From Camelus ferus (Eukaryota): a DNA stretch of 64,000 bases. The DNA lies in the NCBI RefSeq assembly GCF_009834535.1, contig NC_045696.1, forward strand, positions 11,844,001-11,908,000, written 5' to 3'. The notes below the pieces were generated by a model. It saw nothing but the letters and a program-made list of their open reading frames with translations, was not told the origin of the DNA and made no database searches. This document shows, in pieces, positions 35,710-49,059 of this stretch; position 1 is the stretch's first letter; every line of letters begins with the position of its first letter. The position numbers and the translations under genes were made by a program.

Positions 35710-36274
35710 TTCAAGAGTGCAAGAAGTCACTCTGTCATCCTAAAAGACTCTCCCCGGGGATTGAGCATCACGGGAAATTATGTAGCCAGAGCTGTGGAGG
35801 TTTTGTAATCCTGCTAGTGATTGGAAGCATCCTGTTCTTTTCAGATGCTTTTAAACTCAGTCTTTTATTTTTTTTCTATTTTATTTGTACGCCTGTTATT
35901 ACAAAACCACTTTAAAAGGCTTCGTTATACCTCATGATGATGACTCAGTCTGCCTCAGTATCACAGGGGATTGCACATAAATTACTTCCATGGCATTGTG
36001 TTCAGAGATAGTTTTCCCCTATCTCATGATAGCTTGATGTATGGAAATGGGAATTTCTGGATTGTGCAAACAGAAAATTGTGTGGGGAAGCAATGGAGAA
36101 ATGAAAAAGTGTTACGTAGTGTAAGGTGTTAGGAGGCAGTGGGTGTAACTGACATCACTGAGCTTGGATCCGGGAGGTCTGGAATCTGTTGCTGGCACCA
36201 GCTCACACTGGCTCTGTGACCTTGGACAGCACCTCTAGGCAAAAGCATTTCTCTTTGTAAGGTGGAATTCTCAT

Positions 36275-36800
36275 TTACTAAAAAAGACCTCTCTCCTTAA
36301 GCAAGCTTTAGTCAGGCTCCTCTGAGTCCTGTTTTTGTCTTGACCTGGACCTTGGTCCCTGTCCTGTTTCTGGTGTCTGCCTAGCCCAATTGTAGCAGGA
36401 ATCCTGCTAAGCCAGTTTAGAGAGAATCCCCCACCCTTGATATGTGATTGTCCCTGACATCCGATCACTTCACTAGGAATCCTGTTGTCTGTGTAATGAC
36501 TCCTCTACCCTCAGTGTCTCCTCTTAGTAATTTTCTGTCCACTGATCGTCTCATTCTGCTTGTTCACTGTAAATGCCCAGGTGTCTTGGCTATATTTGGA
36601 GTTGAGCCCCATCTCTCTCCATTTTTGCAGTAGCTCTGAAAAGAAAGTCTTTCTTACCATTAAAAAACACATTTATTTATTTATTTACGTTATTTATTTT
36701 TATTTTTATTTTTATTTTTATTTTTATTTTTATTTTTATTTTTATTTTTATTTTCTTTCTTACCATTTGAACAAGCATCAGAATAAATTTTTCTTTAACT
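36275..36800 (+). mobile_element. ERV1 solo LTR (MER31-like)
   Basis: 'ctctctccttaagcaagctttagtcaggctcctctgag...gaatcctgctaagccagtttagagagaatcccccacccttgatat...tcagaataaatttttctttaac'; homologous to 53525-54058. Confidence 0.8.
36662..36753. repeat. (TTTA)n/(TTTTTA)n tract bounded by a 14-bp direct repeat
   Basis: tctttcttaccatt at 36648-36661 and 36754-36767. Confidence 0.9.
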
Positions 36801-37769
36801 TTACCCATCAGAAAACCTTGGAATTGTTTAGGATTCTCAAGGACCTCTGATCCAACCTCACCCAATGCCGAGAGCCATGTGGAGCCCCCCGTGAGAGGTC
36901 CAGCATCTCAGGGTAGCAAACGAAAAGCCCATTCACTCCCTCAGGGGCTGGTTCTCCGCCTTCATTTCAAGCTCAAATCTCCCCTCCCTTTTACGCACTG
37001 ATCTCAATTCTGATCTCCCTTTCCTTGAAACCTGTTTCCTCCTTCATTAAGCAAATAATTGAGCTTCGTAAACTGTAGCCATTTTAATGAGGATAATTTT
37101 AAGCAGTGTCTACATTGCTCTTCTTGCGTTAACAGGACTCTGAGCATGCTTGAACTTATGTTGCCTTTACTCTGGGATATGGTGTCCAAGGCTGCATTAG
37201 GGTGGTGCTCTGGGGGTCTACTCTGTGTGGACTGTGTCTTTATTTTATAAACTCTTGGACTGCCCTGCTCCTTTGCTTCTAGTAAGTCCTTTGTTTTTTT
37301 CCTTTGCTCTTAGCTCTTGCTGAGATACAGTTGTTTGATACAATTTTATAAATGACGTGAAGTGCTTCTTTTTCTTTCATGGAGTAAAGTGCATCATGGG
37401 CTTTGTGAAAGCTGTGTATCACTCAGAAGTCTTTTTCTTTTCTCTTTTTCAAATTTCCAGATTGATGGCTATTTTTCAGATGTTAACATTATCAGAAGCC
37501 TGACCTCCACGTGGTATGTATGCTTTGAAGGACTTTCGAGGTGCATCAAGGGTATATAAATACATTACCTTTTTCATTTATTTGTTTATCATTTAGCCCT
37601 AAATCTCTGCCTGGTTTTTGTTGATTTTCAGCCCCATTCTTTCTGCGTCACCTCATTCATGGGTATATTTGGAAAGCAGTGACTTCCATAGCATCAAAAC
37701 AACCAAAGTCATTTTCTTGGGGAAAGAATTTTAGGATGAGGGTTTAAAAAGAAAATCAGATTTAGTTAT

Positions 37770-38680
37770 AAATCTTTCAGTGTGACTCTCTGAAAAGATA
37801 AGGATTCTTTTTGTTAAAACATCAACACAATACTATTATAACATGTAGAAAATGGGCACTAATTAATTTCTTAATATTACTGAATTTTCATGTCCAGATT
37901 TCCCTGATGATTTAAGAAACAGTTTTTCACAGTTAGTTAAAAATACTTCAGGGGAATCAAAGAATTTAAATAAAGTCCACACATTGCATTTGATTAATAT
38001 GGTTCTTAGGTCTCTTTTAATATACAGGTTTCCTGTCCCTCTCCTGTTCTCTCTTGTGATATATTTGATGAAGAAGCTGGATCTTTTGTCCTGTGCAGTC
38101 CCCCAAAATGTAGATTTTCCTACCAACATTCCAGTATTGTCATTTAACATGTTTCATTGTCCCCCAAATGTCCTATAAACTAAAGGCTTAATCAGATTTA
38201 GGTTTAGATTTGGGGGCAAGAATATTTCATACGTGATAGCGTAACTTCCATCGGGTGATCTATTCTGTCTTTTTCTGAAACATTAGTACTGACAGGTGCT
38301 GTTAGTCTGACCATCTGTTACTAGGGTCACCATCAGCTTTTCCCCTCATGGTGGTAGGAGCCACTCATGACCAATAATGGGAACCTAGATTCATTCTTGA
38401 TTTCAGGGTTACAAAAATGTCATAGTCTCATTCTGTCATTTCTTCTGCATGTACTAGCTGGAAAATTTCTGTAAAGAGGAACTTTATTTCAACCTTTTTT
38501 AAAAACAATTACCTTGAGGTATAGTTTGTATATAAAAGGCAGATTAGTGACCTGATTCTCTCCTTTTCTTTACCAGAATAATGATTTGGTTCTTATCTTT
38601 CAAAGATGATCAGTGAGTTTTTTTTTTTTTTTTTAAAGATACTACGAACTCTTGAATTCCTAACATATTTGACATGCGGG
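37770..38680 (-). mobile_element. Ancient L1 (L1MC4/5-like) 3' region
   Basis: 'aaagtccacacattgcatttgattaatatggttcttaggtctcttttaat...gatgaagaagctggatcttttgtcctgt'. Confidence 0.7.
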
Positions 38681-38929
38681 TAAGGATTTGGTAAAAACAC
38701 TAATAAAAAATAGCCTCTTTTTTAAAATGTCTAAATTCTACTTAATAAATACCTCTAGATAATAAGAGAAAGGAGGGAAGGAAAGATGTGGAATGAAAAA
38801 GAAGAGACTAAGAATCTCTAAGTATAATTGAAGGAGGTTGGAAGTAGGATAAAAAATAAAGATGCTAAAAGAAAGAGATGGAAGGAAAGGAAGAAGGAAC
38901 CACCTCAGATGCAGACAAATAGGAAGGAA

Positions 38930-39690
38930 TTAATTGACTCAACAGATGCTTTTTAACTTCCTACTCCCTGCCTGTCTCTGCTCTGGGCACTGAGGACAAA
39001 ATTCCTGCCCTTGCAGAGCTTACATTCAAGCATGTGTGAAGTCTGAAGTAAATACCTATGTAGTATGTACAGCGTGTCAGATGGTGATTCATGCTGTGAG
39101 GAGAAACAGGGCAAGGAAAGGCGCTGGAGCATCCTGGGGGCAGGGTTAGGGGATAGGGCTGTGATTTCACAGGATGATCAGGGAGGCTCTCTCCCAGGAG
39201 ACATCTGAGTAAGAGAGGAAGGAGGTGAGGGAGTGTTCTAGGTGCCTTTCTGGAGTGTTCCAGGCCAAGGGGAGAGACTTGCAAAGGCCCCGAGTTTCAG
39301 AGTGTCCAGATGGGTCCGGTGTGTTTGAAGAACGACAAGGAGGCCATTGTGGCTGTTGCAGTGGGAATGAGCAGGAAAGGACTGAAGGTCAGTGGTGGAG
39401 CGCATGGGGATCCAGACTGCATGGGGCTTCGCAGGCCATCACAAGGACTTAGGGGACCATCGAATGGAAATGACCTTACTTATTTTTTAACACGAGAATA
39501 TACCGTTGGAGGTGGCAAGGGGAAACGGCGATCAAGGGCAGAATCAGTGAGAACAGTTAGGAAGTGACTGGAGTCTGGGTGATGGAACTGGTGAGAAACA
39601 GCCAACTTCTTGGTACATTTTGAAGGTGGAGCTTTGGAGATTGGCTGATGGCCAGGGTGTGAGGTGTGAAGGAGAAGGGGGTTCCAGGAA
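38930..39690 (-). mobile_element. L2 LINE
   Basis: 'gacaaaattcctgcccttgcagagcttacattc...gtgtgtttgaagaacgacaaggaggccattgtggctg'. Confidence 0.75.
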
Positions 39691-39839
39691 AGGGAAGAAC
39701 CACGTGTATTTGGGGGATGTGAGCTGACAGTGGTGGACCCTGGCTGTTCCAGGCTCCCTGGACCCTTCCTTGTGCTTCAGCCCGTAGGAGGAGTCCAGTT
39801 TGGCGAGTGGGAAGGCTTGTCCACTGAGCGATTCATTCT

Positions 39840-40232
39840 CTCTCTCTTTTTTTTATTTTCAGTTTTAATATATTTTTCTTGAAGTATAGTCAGTTTACAA
39901 TGTTGTGTCAATTTCTGGTGTACAGCACAATACTTCAGCCACATAGGAACATACATTCGTTCTCATACTCTTCTTCACCATAAGTTACCATAAAATATTG
40001 CATATGGTTCCCTGTGCTATAGAGTATAAACTTGTTTATCTATTTTATACATAATAGTTAGTATCTGCAAATCTCAAACTCCTAATTTATCCCTTCCTCT
40101 CCCTTCCCCCTACCCCATAACCATAAGTTTGTTTCCTATGTCTGTGAGTCTGTTTCTGTTTTGTAAATAAGTTCGTTTGTCTCTCTCTCTTTTTCTTTTT
40201 CTTCTTTTTTCTTTTCTTTTCTTTTTTTTTTT
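39840..40232 (-). mobile_element. Young L1 3' end with 15-bp TSD
   Basis: tgagcg(a/c)ttcattct at 39825-39839 and 40233-40247. Confidence 0.9.
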
Positions 40233-40666
40233 TGAGCGCTTCATTCTTGAGTGGTGTGTGAGTTGCTGGGCAGGTTCATTCCCTTGTAAACCCATCACTG
40301 CTTTCAATTTGGGGACCACAGCCTGCAGTCCTAGCCCTGGCCGAATGCCTGATACAAAAATGGCCAAGCAGCTTGGGGAGGTCACACCAAACCTCTAATG
40401 GACAGAAGAACAGACCCACCATAGAGTAGAAGCTGCTTCTGTGAGGGAGACAGACTTGTCTCCTTGAGAACAAAGGGTGTTGAGAACTGATTCCTACCCC
40501 GTGGATCTAGACTGGATTTTGGTCTTGGGTGTGAAGGACTGGGCTCGGTGTCTGGTGGGTGGTTTGGGGTCTCCCAGTTCCCTTTGCTTGTTCCTGCTGT
40601 TTCTTACAGGAGAGTCTTCCACTTGCCCTGCTGCACCCCTCCTCTCTGGCCCTCTGAGGACCAGAA

Positions 40667-40860
40667 CAGGGGTAGGCAGATTACAGACCGTGGTTCTGTT
40701 TTCGTAAATAAATTTTTATGGGAACACAGCCACACCTGTTTGTTGACATATCATCTGCAGTTGCCGTAGTGTTGAAGCAGCAGAGTTCAGTAGTTGCCTG
40801 AACAAAGCCTGAAATATATACCCTTGGGCCCTTTACAGCAAGGAAGTTTGCTGACGTCTG
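40667..40860 (+). mobile_element. MER58A-like hAT element
   Basis: caggggtaggcaga...ttcgtaaataaatttttatgggaacacagccacac...gtttgctgacgtctg. Confidence 0.8.
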
Positions 40861-42639
40861 GTCTGGAAGGCAAGGGGAGGATGGATAAGGCTTTAGCGTG
40901 TGGAGCAAACAAAAATATTCCTCGGCACTAAATGCCACTCAGCCTTGGTACCTGTGAATGTGAAATTCTGTGGCTCACAAATTGTGGCTTAAATCATTAA
41001 AATAATTTCATCTTTCTCTGTTCATTTTTCTACCTGTTGGTGACATCATCCTCATACTTGAATGGAAATAGAATTCAGCATGGATAGGTTCACATTAAAT
41101 AATGGCTTCATTTTATGGGGCAGATAATAGACTATTCGTAATCCCCAAATTCAGCATTTGGGTCCTGATTGGCTATACCCTCTTCCGTAGATAGTGTAAA
41201 CTTTTCTCTTCCATCCGTGTATTGCTATGTGGTTCGTTCTGCCTCTGTATGATGAAGAGTTCTCCATCCTTTCAGTGAATGTCTCGTGCTAAGGGTTTTC
41301 ATAATAAGTTTTCCCCCTAAATGGAACTCAGCTAGTTTCATCTAAGCTGTTCATTCTGTCTGTTGGCTATATTGTGTGCTACATTATTACAGATAGCTTT
41401 GGAATTCTTTATGTAAAAAAAAAATAAAATAGATTTAAAATATAAAGGATTTTTCTTTTTTAATTACATCTTAATGTAATAAAAACCAGAGTGTAATTAT
41501 TAAGAATGATGGAAGGAAAGAATTAAAATAATAAAATTGCTTAGCAAAGATCCTGGTTCGTAATGCATTCGGCAATAATTGGAATCATAATGTGTAATTA
41601 ACAATCTTTCTTTGAAGTGTGAAGCTTAAGCTTGGGTGCGCAGGGGACCTCTTCAGATGTGGTGATGTCTGAATTGGTTCCTACAGTAGCACTTCTGCAT
41701 CTGTGCACAGGTTGAGCATATTGCTACCTGCCTCATTAAGTGTTTTTTTTTCGTGGTAGAGAGAGATACTGTAAGAAGGGTAGGACAGAGATTCCTCTGA
41801 TGCTTTACCAGACACCTACTGCTGCCCTGTTGATTAGGGAAGAGAGGAGAGGAGAAATGTCCTTAATCTGGGCAGTGGCTTTAGCTCAGACCACAGGTTA
41901 ATTTCCTATGAGTTTCCTGGAGTTGATGTAGACCAGGGGGAGGACTTTTTTGCCCAGCATCAAGTGCGCCTGGGACTTACGCTTCAAACGGGCTGAGCAG
42001 CCTCCTTGGCTCATTTTCTAGACCCACCCCCTCATCTGGCCCCGAGGATCTTATTGCTGAGATGGCCAGGGATGATGAGTCCAAGAAAAATCACCACCAG
42101 GAAAAAGAGGGGAAGGGAACGGACTCCCAGGCTCGGAACCTGAGCCTCAGTTTCTCCCTGGCCACCTTGGGGCCTGTCGGTTTGAGAGGTCTGGGAGACC
42201 AGAACACACAAGGACTCAGATAAGAGCACTGGGAGAGAACCTTCCAGGCAGACTTCTTTGATTCGCTGCTCCTTTGGTTCAAGTGTTTCTTGCACGTGCC
42301 TGCTCCTTCTCAGAGAGGTGGTGATGGGAGGGGTGGGGGGCGCTGTTCATCTTCCCCTCGTGCTGAGTGCCTGTTGGGGGCAGTTTGCTCTGTCTGCAAA
42401 GAGGCTGAGGTCAAAACAGTTACACCCCAGCTTATCTTCTGAGAGTTGTGTTGGGGGCGGGGGTCTGGGAAGGCAGCACTGCCCAGTACAGTTATTTGAA
42501 AGAGGCTACTGCTGTTCAGGAATTTTGGGCCTATTCTTTGAAAATAGCTTTCAGTGTCTTGAGTGTTTTCTTTGGAATAGCTTCATTGACAGCCGGTCTT
42601 CCTCTTTTTGGATGGCTTTGGTTTTTGGTAGAATTCTTT

Positions 42640-42800
42640 AAAAAATTTTTTTAAATTTATTATTGTATTATTTAGTTATTTTATTTGGGGGGGGCAAGAT
42701 AATTGGGTTTATTCATTTTTAGAGGAGGTACTGGGGATTGAACCCATGACCTTGTGCATGCTAAGCATGCGCTCTACCACTTGAGATATACCAACCCCTT
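42640..42800 (-). mobile_element. vic-1-like SINE with TSD
   Basis: 'gaggtactggggattgaacccatgaccttgtgcatgctaagcatgcgctctaccacttgagatatacc'; tagaattcttt at 42629-42639 and 42802-42812. Confidence 0.9.
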
Positions 42801-43394
42801 CTAGAATTCTTTTTTTTTTTTAATTTAATTTTAGTTTTTTTAGGGGGAGGGGTAAAATTCAAATGTCACCTTTCCAGGCAAGCCTTCCCGAGAATTGAAT
42901 ACGAAATGGCAGCCCTTCACACACACCCTCCCTACCCCTTCATCACCTCCCGTTACACTACTCTGGTCTCATCCTAGAACGGGGGCCCTTGAAAATTTCT
43001 TACTCACTGGTATGTTCATTGCTTGTCCTTCTCAGGGTCACCCGTGGCCCGTGGCCTCCATCAGAGGTGCTCTCATTCAGAGACAAGTTTGCTAGGCAGG
43101 GTAGTTCTTCAGTTGGATAGCATTTTAAAAATAGTTTTCCAGGATGACTACATTGAGGGAGCAGTCGAGATTCAGAAATGTGTATTCTGATCTGCCTCGG
43201 TAATAAAAGCAAACCAAGACAGTTTTCCTAATCAAATCTTATGTGTTGGCGTGGTCTGGAGTGTGGTGTCTTAGATAGGGTGCAGGGTGTCTATCTAACG
43301 TGGCTTTAGACCTTCGTGGCCCCCCCACCTCCAACACCCCCAGCACAGTTTCACTTGGGTAACTAGGAGATTCACCTAGATTAGAGTCTCTCTA

Positions 43395-43572
43395 CCTCAC
43401 AGACACTTAGGACTGGGTACTTCCTGTGATGTAGGCTGACCTGAACTTTGTGGGATGTTTAGCAGCATCCTCTGCCACCCAGATGCCCCACTTGTGACAA
43501 CCGAAGTGTCTGCAGACATTGCCAGTTGTCCCTGAGGAAGCGGAGTAAAACTGCCCTGGTTGAGAACCACTG
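43395..43572 (-). mobile_element. MER20
   Basis: 'ggatgtttagcagcatcc...gtgacaaccgaagtgtctgcagacattgcca...ggttgagaaccactg'. Confidence 0.85.
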
Positions 43573-45384
43573 GTCTAGTGATACACTCTCGCACCCAAGA
43601 TTCTATCATTAACCTTTTACCCCATCCTTTATCATTTATCCATTTGTGTGGATCAAATTTGCCAATGTGTAAGAAAGCGCTTTGAAACAATGGCATATTG
43701 TTCAAATTTGGATTGTGTTGATGACTGAAGTTTTGTTTTGTAATCCACATTTTTGGTCTCAGTTTCTCTGTCATCATTGTCTCGAGTTTTTCACTTTTCT
43801 CCTTTGTCATTTATGAAATACTCTCCTCCACTCCCACTCCCTCCTTCCTTTACCCAACCAAGAAGGATGTCGTCCTTTGCTAATGCGTTGTGTGAGTTAG
43901 ATACCAAAGACCACAGTCATGGCTGGAAGGAATCTTTAAAGATCTTTAGGCAAGAAATGTCCGATTAATGTCAACACCATCGTTGTCATCTTGTTCATTC
44001 CCGTTATTCTAAAGATGAAGAAAGGGACAGAGAGGGACAGGGATTCATGCAAGTTGTGGTTGCTGGCAGAGCGATGACTGTCTGGATGTTTCCGGGGAAT
44101 TTTCTTACACTTTGTTGTTTTCTGTGTGGTTGATGCAGTGATCGGCAGAGTCCTCTGCGGGTTCTTACATCTCCTGTGACCTCCCTGCCGGAGCTTGAAT
44201 ATAAAGTGTTTCCGTTATAGGCTCGTGGAGGAACTGCTAACAAAAAGATGCTTTTAAAAAGATGATCAGGGAGGAGATTAGGGGAGTCAGAGGAAGGGAG
44301 GGACGTAGGAGTACAGAGCATAGACATTTAACAGAAATGGGGAAACTGTGCAAAACAATGCAAAGAAAATAAAAAGAGAAGAAAGGCGAAATCCCTGATT
44401 AAGAACCAAAGAATTCAATCAACAAATGCAATGTGTGGATCTTGTTTAGATGTTGATTTGAAGGGACCAACTCTGGAGTCAGTGTGTGTGTGTGTTGAAA
44501 CAGGGTTGAATAGTTGAATTGGATTATGGGTACATGGTGATTATGTCCTCATAATACAAACTTCCATAGTAAAAAAGAAATGGAAAAATGATCAATTTCA
44601 GTAAATTGTAAACTTCTTTGTAATGACAAAAAATATAAATGAACAGTGTGAGATACTTGTTCATTTTAAAATCTTATCTTAAAGAGGCTCTTCTGAGCCC
44701 AGCAGAGACTCTCCATGTTTGCCTGCCAAAGTCCCTTTGCCTGGAGTGACGGGCAGATGTAGGAAGAGGAGCTGGAGGAAACTTGTCCTCATCAGGAGGA
44801 CAGGGAGGCTGCCTCTCTGGGTACCACTGGGTACCCCTCTCTGTGTGGACAGAGAACCTGCAGTGTCCCTGCAGGGGAGTTGCGATGCCCTTGGAAACGA
44901 AACACGAGGGCCTCCCTCCCTGACCATCCCTCCATCCTTTCTGCCCCCTCCCTGAAATGGTCTGTAGACCAACTTCTTTTTCCCACATATATTTTACTAT
45001 TTAAATATTATATAAATAAGATATATTTTGTTGTAAAAACCATTTGGAGTGAAAATGAACGTTCCTGTCTTCCTTTCTTTCCCTCCCATGGATTTCATAG
45101 CCCTTTCCAAAAATACATAAATATTTATAATAAAGTGATGGTATCTTTTTATCTTCTTTTTTTGTTCTTACCACCATGTCAGAGTTTTATTTTATTTCTT
45201 TTATTTTTAATAATGCAAATAAAATGTTTAGGTAGTCACAGAAAGTTGAGAGTCCAGCCCAAAAGAGCTTCCTTTCCTCCACCCTAACTGCCTAATCAAA
45301 TTTTGCCTATGTTCTCATAATGTCCTTGATAAGCAAAAGAAGCTAGTTCCGAATGATACATTGCATTTAGGTGTCATGTCTCTG

Positions 45385-45760
45385 AGCACCTGTTATGAGT
45401 GATGCCTTGTTCTAAACCCTGGGAATTTATCAACAAAAATTATAGACCAAAATCTGTCTTTGTGGAGCTTGCATTCTAGCAAGGGAGACAGAAAAACAAT
45501 AAACATAACAAATACTCAATCTTGTAGGATGGTAGAAGAGGATAAATGCTGTAGATGAAAGTTTAGCACAGCGCAAGTTCCCTGTGGTGCGAGTTGAAAT
45601 ACGTTGGTCAGGAATGGCCTGATGAGAAGGGGCTTTAGGGCAAATACTGAAATGAAGTGTGGATATCAAGGAAGAACATTCAGGAAGAGATGGCAAGAGT
45701 CAGTGCCAAGGCTTTGGGGTGGGACTGTCCCAGTGTGTTTGAACAAGAAGGCCAGGCGGC
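45385..45760 (-). mobile_element. L2 LINE
   Basis: 'tgtggagcttgcattctagcaagggagacaga...gtgtgtttgaacaagaaggccagg'. Confidence 0.7.
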
Positions 45761-45817
45761 CAGGTCATTCAGTTTTTGTAGGCCTGTTAATCTTGCCCCC
45801 ATTTTTTGGACTTACTC

Positions 45818-45935
45818 CTTTTTTTTTTAAACTGCTATTATTTACTTATTTATTTTTTAATGGAGGCCCTGGGGATTGAGCCCAGGACCTCACGCATGCT
45901 AAGCATGCGCTCCAGCACTGAGCTCTACCCTCCCC
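45818..45935 (-). mobile_element. vic-1-like SINE
   Basis: 'tggaggccctggggattgagcccaggacctcacgcatgctaagcatgcgctccagcactgagctctaccctcccc'. Confidence 0.85.
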
Positions 45936-46444
45936 ACCACCCTTCCGATTGCTTTTTCACTCATGGAAATGTCTTCATTCTACTGCTGCCCTTCCAGCTC
46001 ATGACTTTTCCTAAGCTCCAACTTTTCTTATCTTTCCTGACATCCTTCTGCTGAGGTTCTCTCTTGCCATGCTGTGTGAGATCTTGGACTCTGATTTTGT
46101 TTGTTCTCCTGGCCACTTCCTGTCTACTTCTTCCCTTCACCCTGGCCCATCTTCTTTCCTCCCTTACTTGTGGCTTTGCCTTTCTAGGAATCATTTGATG
46201 CGCTTAACAGTTAATTTAATCATGGGGAGCAACTTTGGGCAATAGGTACTGTTGTGTTCTCTGTTTTATGAATGAAGAAATTGAGGCCGGGAGAGAATAC
46301 GGAATTTGGCCGTAGTCACACAGCTGGGAAGCGCTGGGGCTCAGCTCCTGGCCCCTTGCTTCTAGCATGTGCGCTCTCACCCACCACTATGATGGACACA
46401 TGTCCACACCTGACCTCTCTACTGAGATTTAGCCCAGCCACTCT

Positions 46445-46985
46445 GGTTTCTGAGGGACTTGGAACAAATAACCACAGTCTTAGGGTCTTAAAACAACACA
46501 AGCTCACGATCTCACAGTCCGGTGAGTCAGGAGTCTGGGTGCACTTGAGTGGGTCTTACAAGGCTGTCATCAAGATGTTGGCCAGGCAGCATCCTCATCT
46601 GGAAGCTGGACTGAGGCAGAAACTGCCTCCAAGCTCATTCACGTTGTAGGCAGAATTCATTTACTTTCAGGTGTGGGACAGAGAAACCTGGATTCCTGCC
46701 GACTGCCAGCTGGAGGGCACTCTCAGTTCCTAGGGGCTGCCCATAGTCCTGGCCACATGGCCCCCTCCACAGGCAGTTCACAGCCTGGCAGTTTGCTTTT
46801 TAAAGGCCCAGCCTGCTGAGATGGACTCTTACATAATGAGATGTAGCCAGCGCAGTGACATCCCATCACCTTTGCTCTATTCCACTGGTTAAAGTCAAGT
46901 CACAGGTCCGACCCACAACTGAGGGGAGGGGGCTTGAACAAAGGCCAGGATCCTTGGGCCCCCTGAAGATGTCCCCTCCACCACA
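46445..46985 (-). mobile_element. MaLR LTR (MLT1E/F-like)
   Basis: 'cttaaaacaacaca...aggctgtcatcaagatgttggccagg...tgcctccaagctcattc...gtgacatcccatcacctttgc'. Confidence 0.7.
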
Positions 46986-47254
46986 GGGCTCACTGATCTG
47001 CGAAATTCAGCCTGAAACCAGAACTCACCATTTTCCCTTCTTTAACTTCTGACATCTATGAGTGTTACCACTTTTGGTCTGAGTGTTAGCATTGATGCCT
47101 CTTTTTCTTCGTCATTTTCATTTCACTTGTTTTACCTTATTTTACATTCCACCTTTCACTTTTTAAGTCCTCTCCAATTTTCTTTGAAGTGTCCTTTGAA
47201 ATCTGTCTTCTTATACACTGACTTGTGTCTCTGGGTCTCTGGGTCTCTCTGTCT

Positions 47255-47331
47255 GTCTATCTCTTTCTCTCTCTCTCACTCACACACACACACGCACACA
47301 CACACACTCTCTCTCTCTCTCTCTCTCTCTC
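47255..47331. repeat. (CT)n(CA)n(CT)n microsatellite
   Basis: Directly visible in the sequence. Confidence 0.9.
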
Positions 47332-49059
47332 TGGTATTGTGTTTCCCCTAGAGTCTGGTGTTAGTCTAATTGTCCAATCTTTTCTTGATGAGTAAGTTGC
47401 TTCACTACTTCGTTTTCGTCCTGTTGGCTCAGAGCATGTCTGTCCCTCCTGGACTGTCCCCAGCATCCCTCTTCCATTCTTCTCCAGCAGATTCCACCTC
47501 ACCCCTCACCTCTCAGCCCTGAGCCTCCTCCATCACTCCTTTCTCTGAACCCCACTTAATGCCTGGTGCTTTCCACCCAGGCTTCCTGTTAGAATCAAGG
47601 TCACTTGAATTGGATTACTCAACCATGTATAGACTTGGCTGACTTCCCTATACAAGGTACATATATATTTTTTATTAAAGTAATGTTGGATGGATTATCT
47701 GAATTTAAAAATGCATGAAAAAAAGTATGATCTATTAAATCAAGCATGCGGTCTGTTTGGCAGTCTGAATCACCCGGTCGGCCCATCCCCTCGGCTGGCT
47801 CTGCCCGGGGTTGGGTACCCCGGATATCAGCAGGCGTGATTGATGGCCAGCGCCAGGATGCCTGTGGCCCAGGCGACTGGCCGCTCTTGCTGCTTGAGGC
47901 CTGATTAATGCTCACCTCAGAGCTACAAATCACCTCGTGGTATAACACAGATGACAAGGCCTGTCTTAGCTTGTGGGGCCCCAGCCCCATCCATCTTGCG
48001 TGAACTTTTTTCCTCTTAAATTCTCAGTTTGGCTTCTTAGCTTAATTGGCTTCTGGATGGATGAGGTGCTATTAAATGATGTCTGAGGCCCACAAGGACT
48101 GTTTTGATGGACTCTCAAAGAGGAAGAGGCCGTTGCCTCCCCCTGGCTTCTCTGTGGGTCAGCACTGTTCTTTGTTGGGGTCTTTTGGGTGCACGCTGTG
48201 TGCTCTGCACGGTCCTGCGCCCTGGGAAGCAAGATGCAGAGAGAAAGTACTGATTCTGCCTTGAAGAAATTTAGATCCGGGTGGGAAGCCGGGCACCCTT
48301 GAGAAAAAGCAGACTTCCTAACAGCAGAGTCAGAGGGAGAACTGTGGTGGTGACGTGGAACCTGCTTCCTGCAGGGTCAAGGAAACATTGGAGAAGTATC
48401 TTGGACTTGCTTCCGTGGAGGAGGAGAGAGGCTCTGTTGTTTGTGATGGGGAGGTTGGGAGAGGCCCCTTTGAAAGGACGTGATTTGGAGGCATTCCAGT
48501 TCTTCTGGGGGGTATGGAGTTACCTTTATATTCCGAGAAGAAGGGAGTTGAGTCCTGCTTCTGTCTAATAACAGTCACTGGGCTGAAGGGCAGCCGTGCT
48601 CCCCAGGGACCAGGGGGCCCTGCTTTCTGCAGCTGCAGTGTCCGTGGGCAGCTCCTTCCTTCATCCTGTAGATTTTGTGGGGAGGGAAGAGGCTGGGTGT
48701 GTGGTTGCTGCCTGATACCAGATTGGTTGCCCAAAGGGAGTCCCCAGGCTCCATGCACTTCCCTTCCTTTTCATAGCCTGCCAGATGCTTGCTTTTCTGC
48801 CTAATCCAATTATGCCTAGGCATGGGCATTTTTTGCTTAGTCTTGGTCAATTTCCAGGAAGCTTTTCCGGTGCTTTATCTAGCAGAGTGCCCTGATGCCA
48901 ACCAAACCCAGTCTTACCCAAGAAAGAAAAGGGAGGCCCATCTACCTGCCTGTGATGATTGCCAGGCAGGTTCCTCTGTGGAAGTAGCTGGTGTTTTCTG
49001 CGCGGAAACTTTATGGAGGGAACTAGTAGTTAATTAAAAAGCAAAACAAAACAATAGCT

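Noticed and set aside
42072..42143. C/D-box snoRNA-like pair ATGATGA...CTGA
   Set aside because: Weak terminal stem and no rRNA/snRNA guide I can recognise; such a pair is expected by chance in 64 kb.
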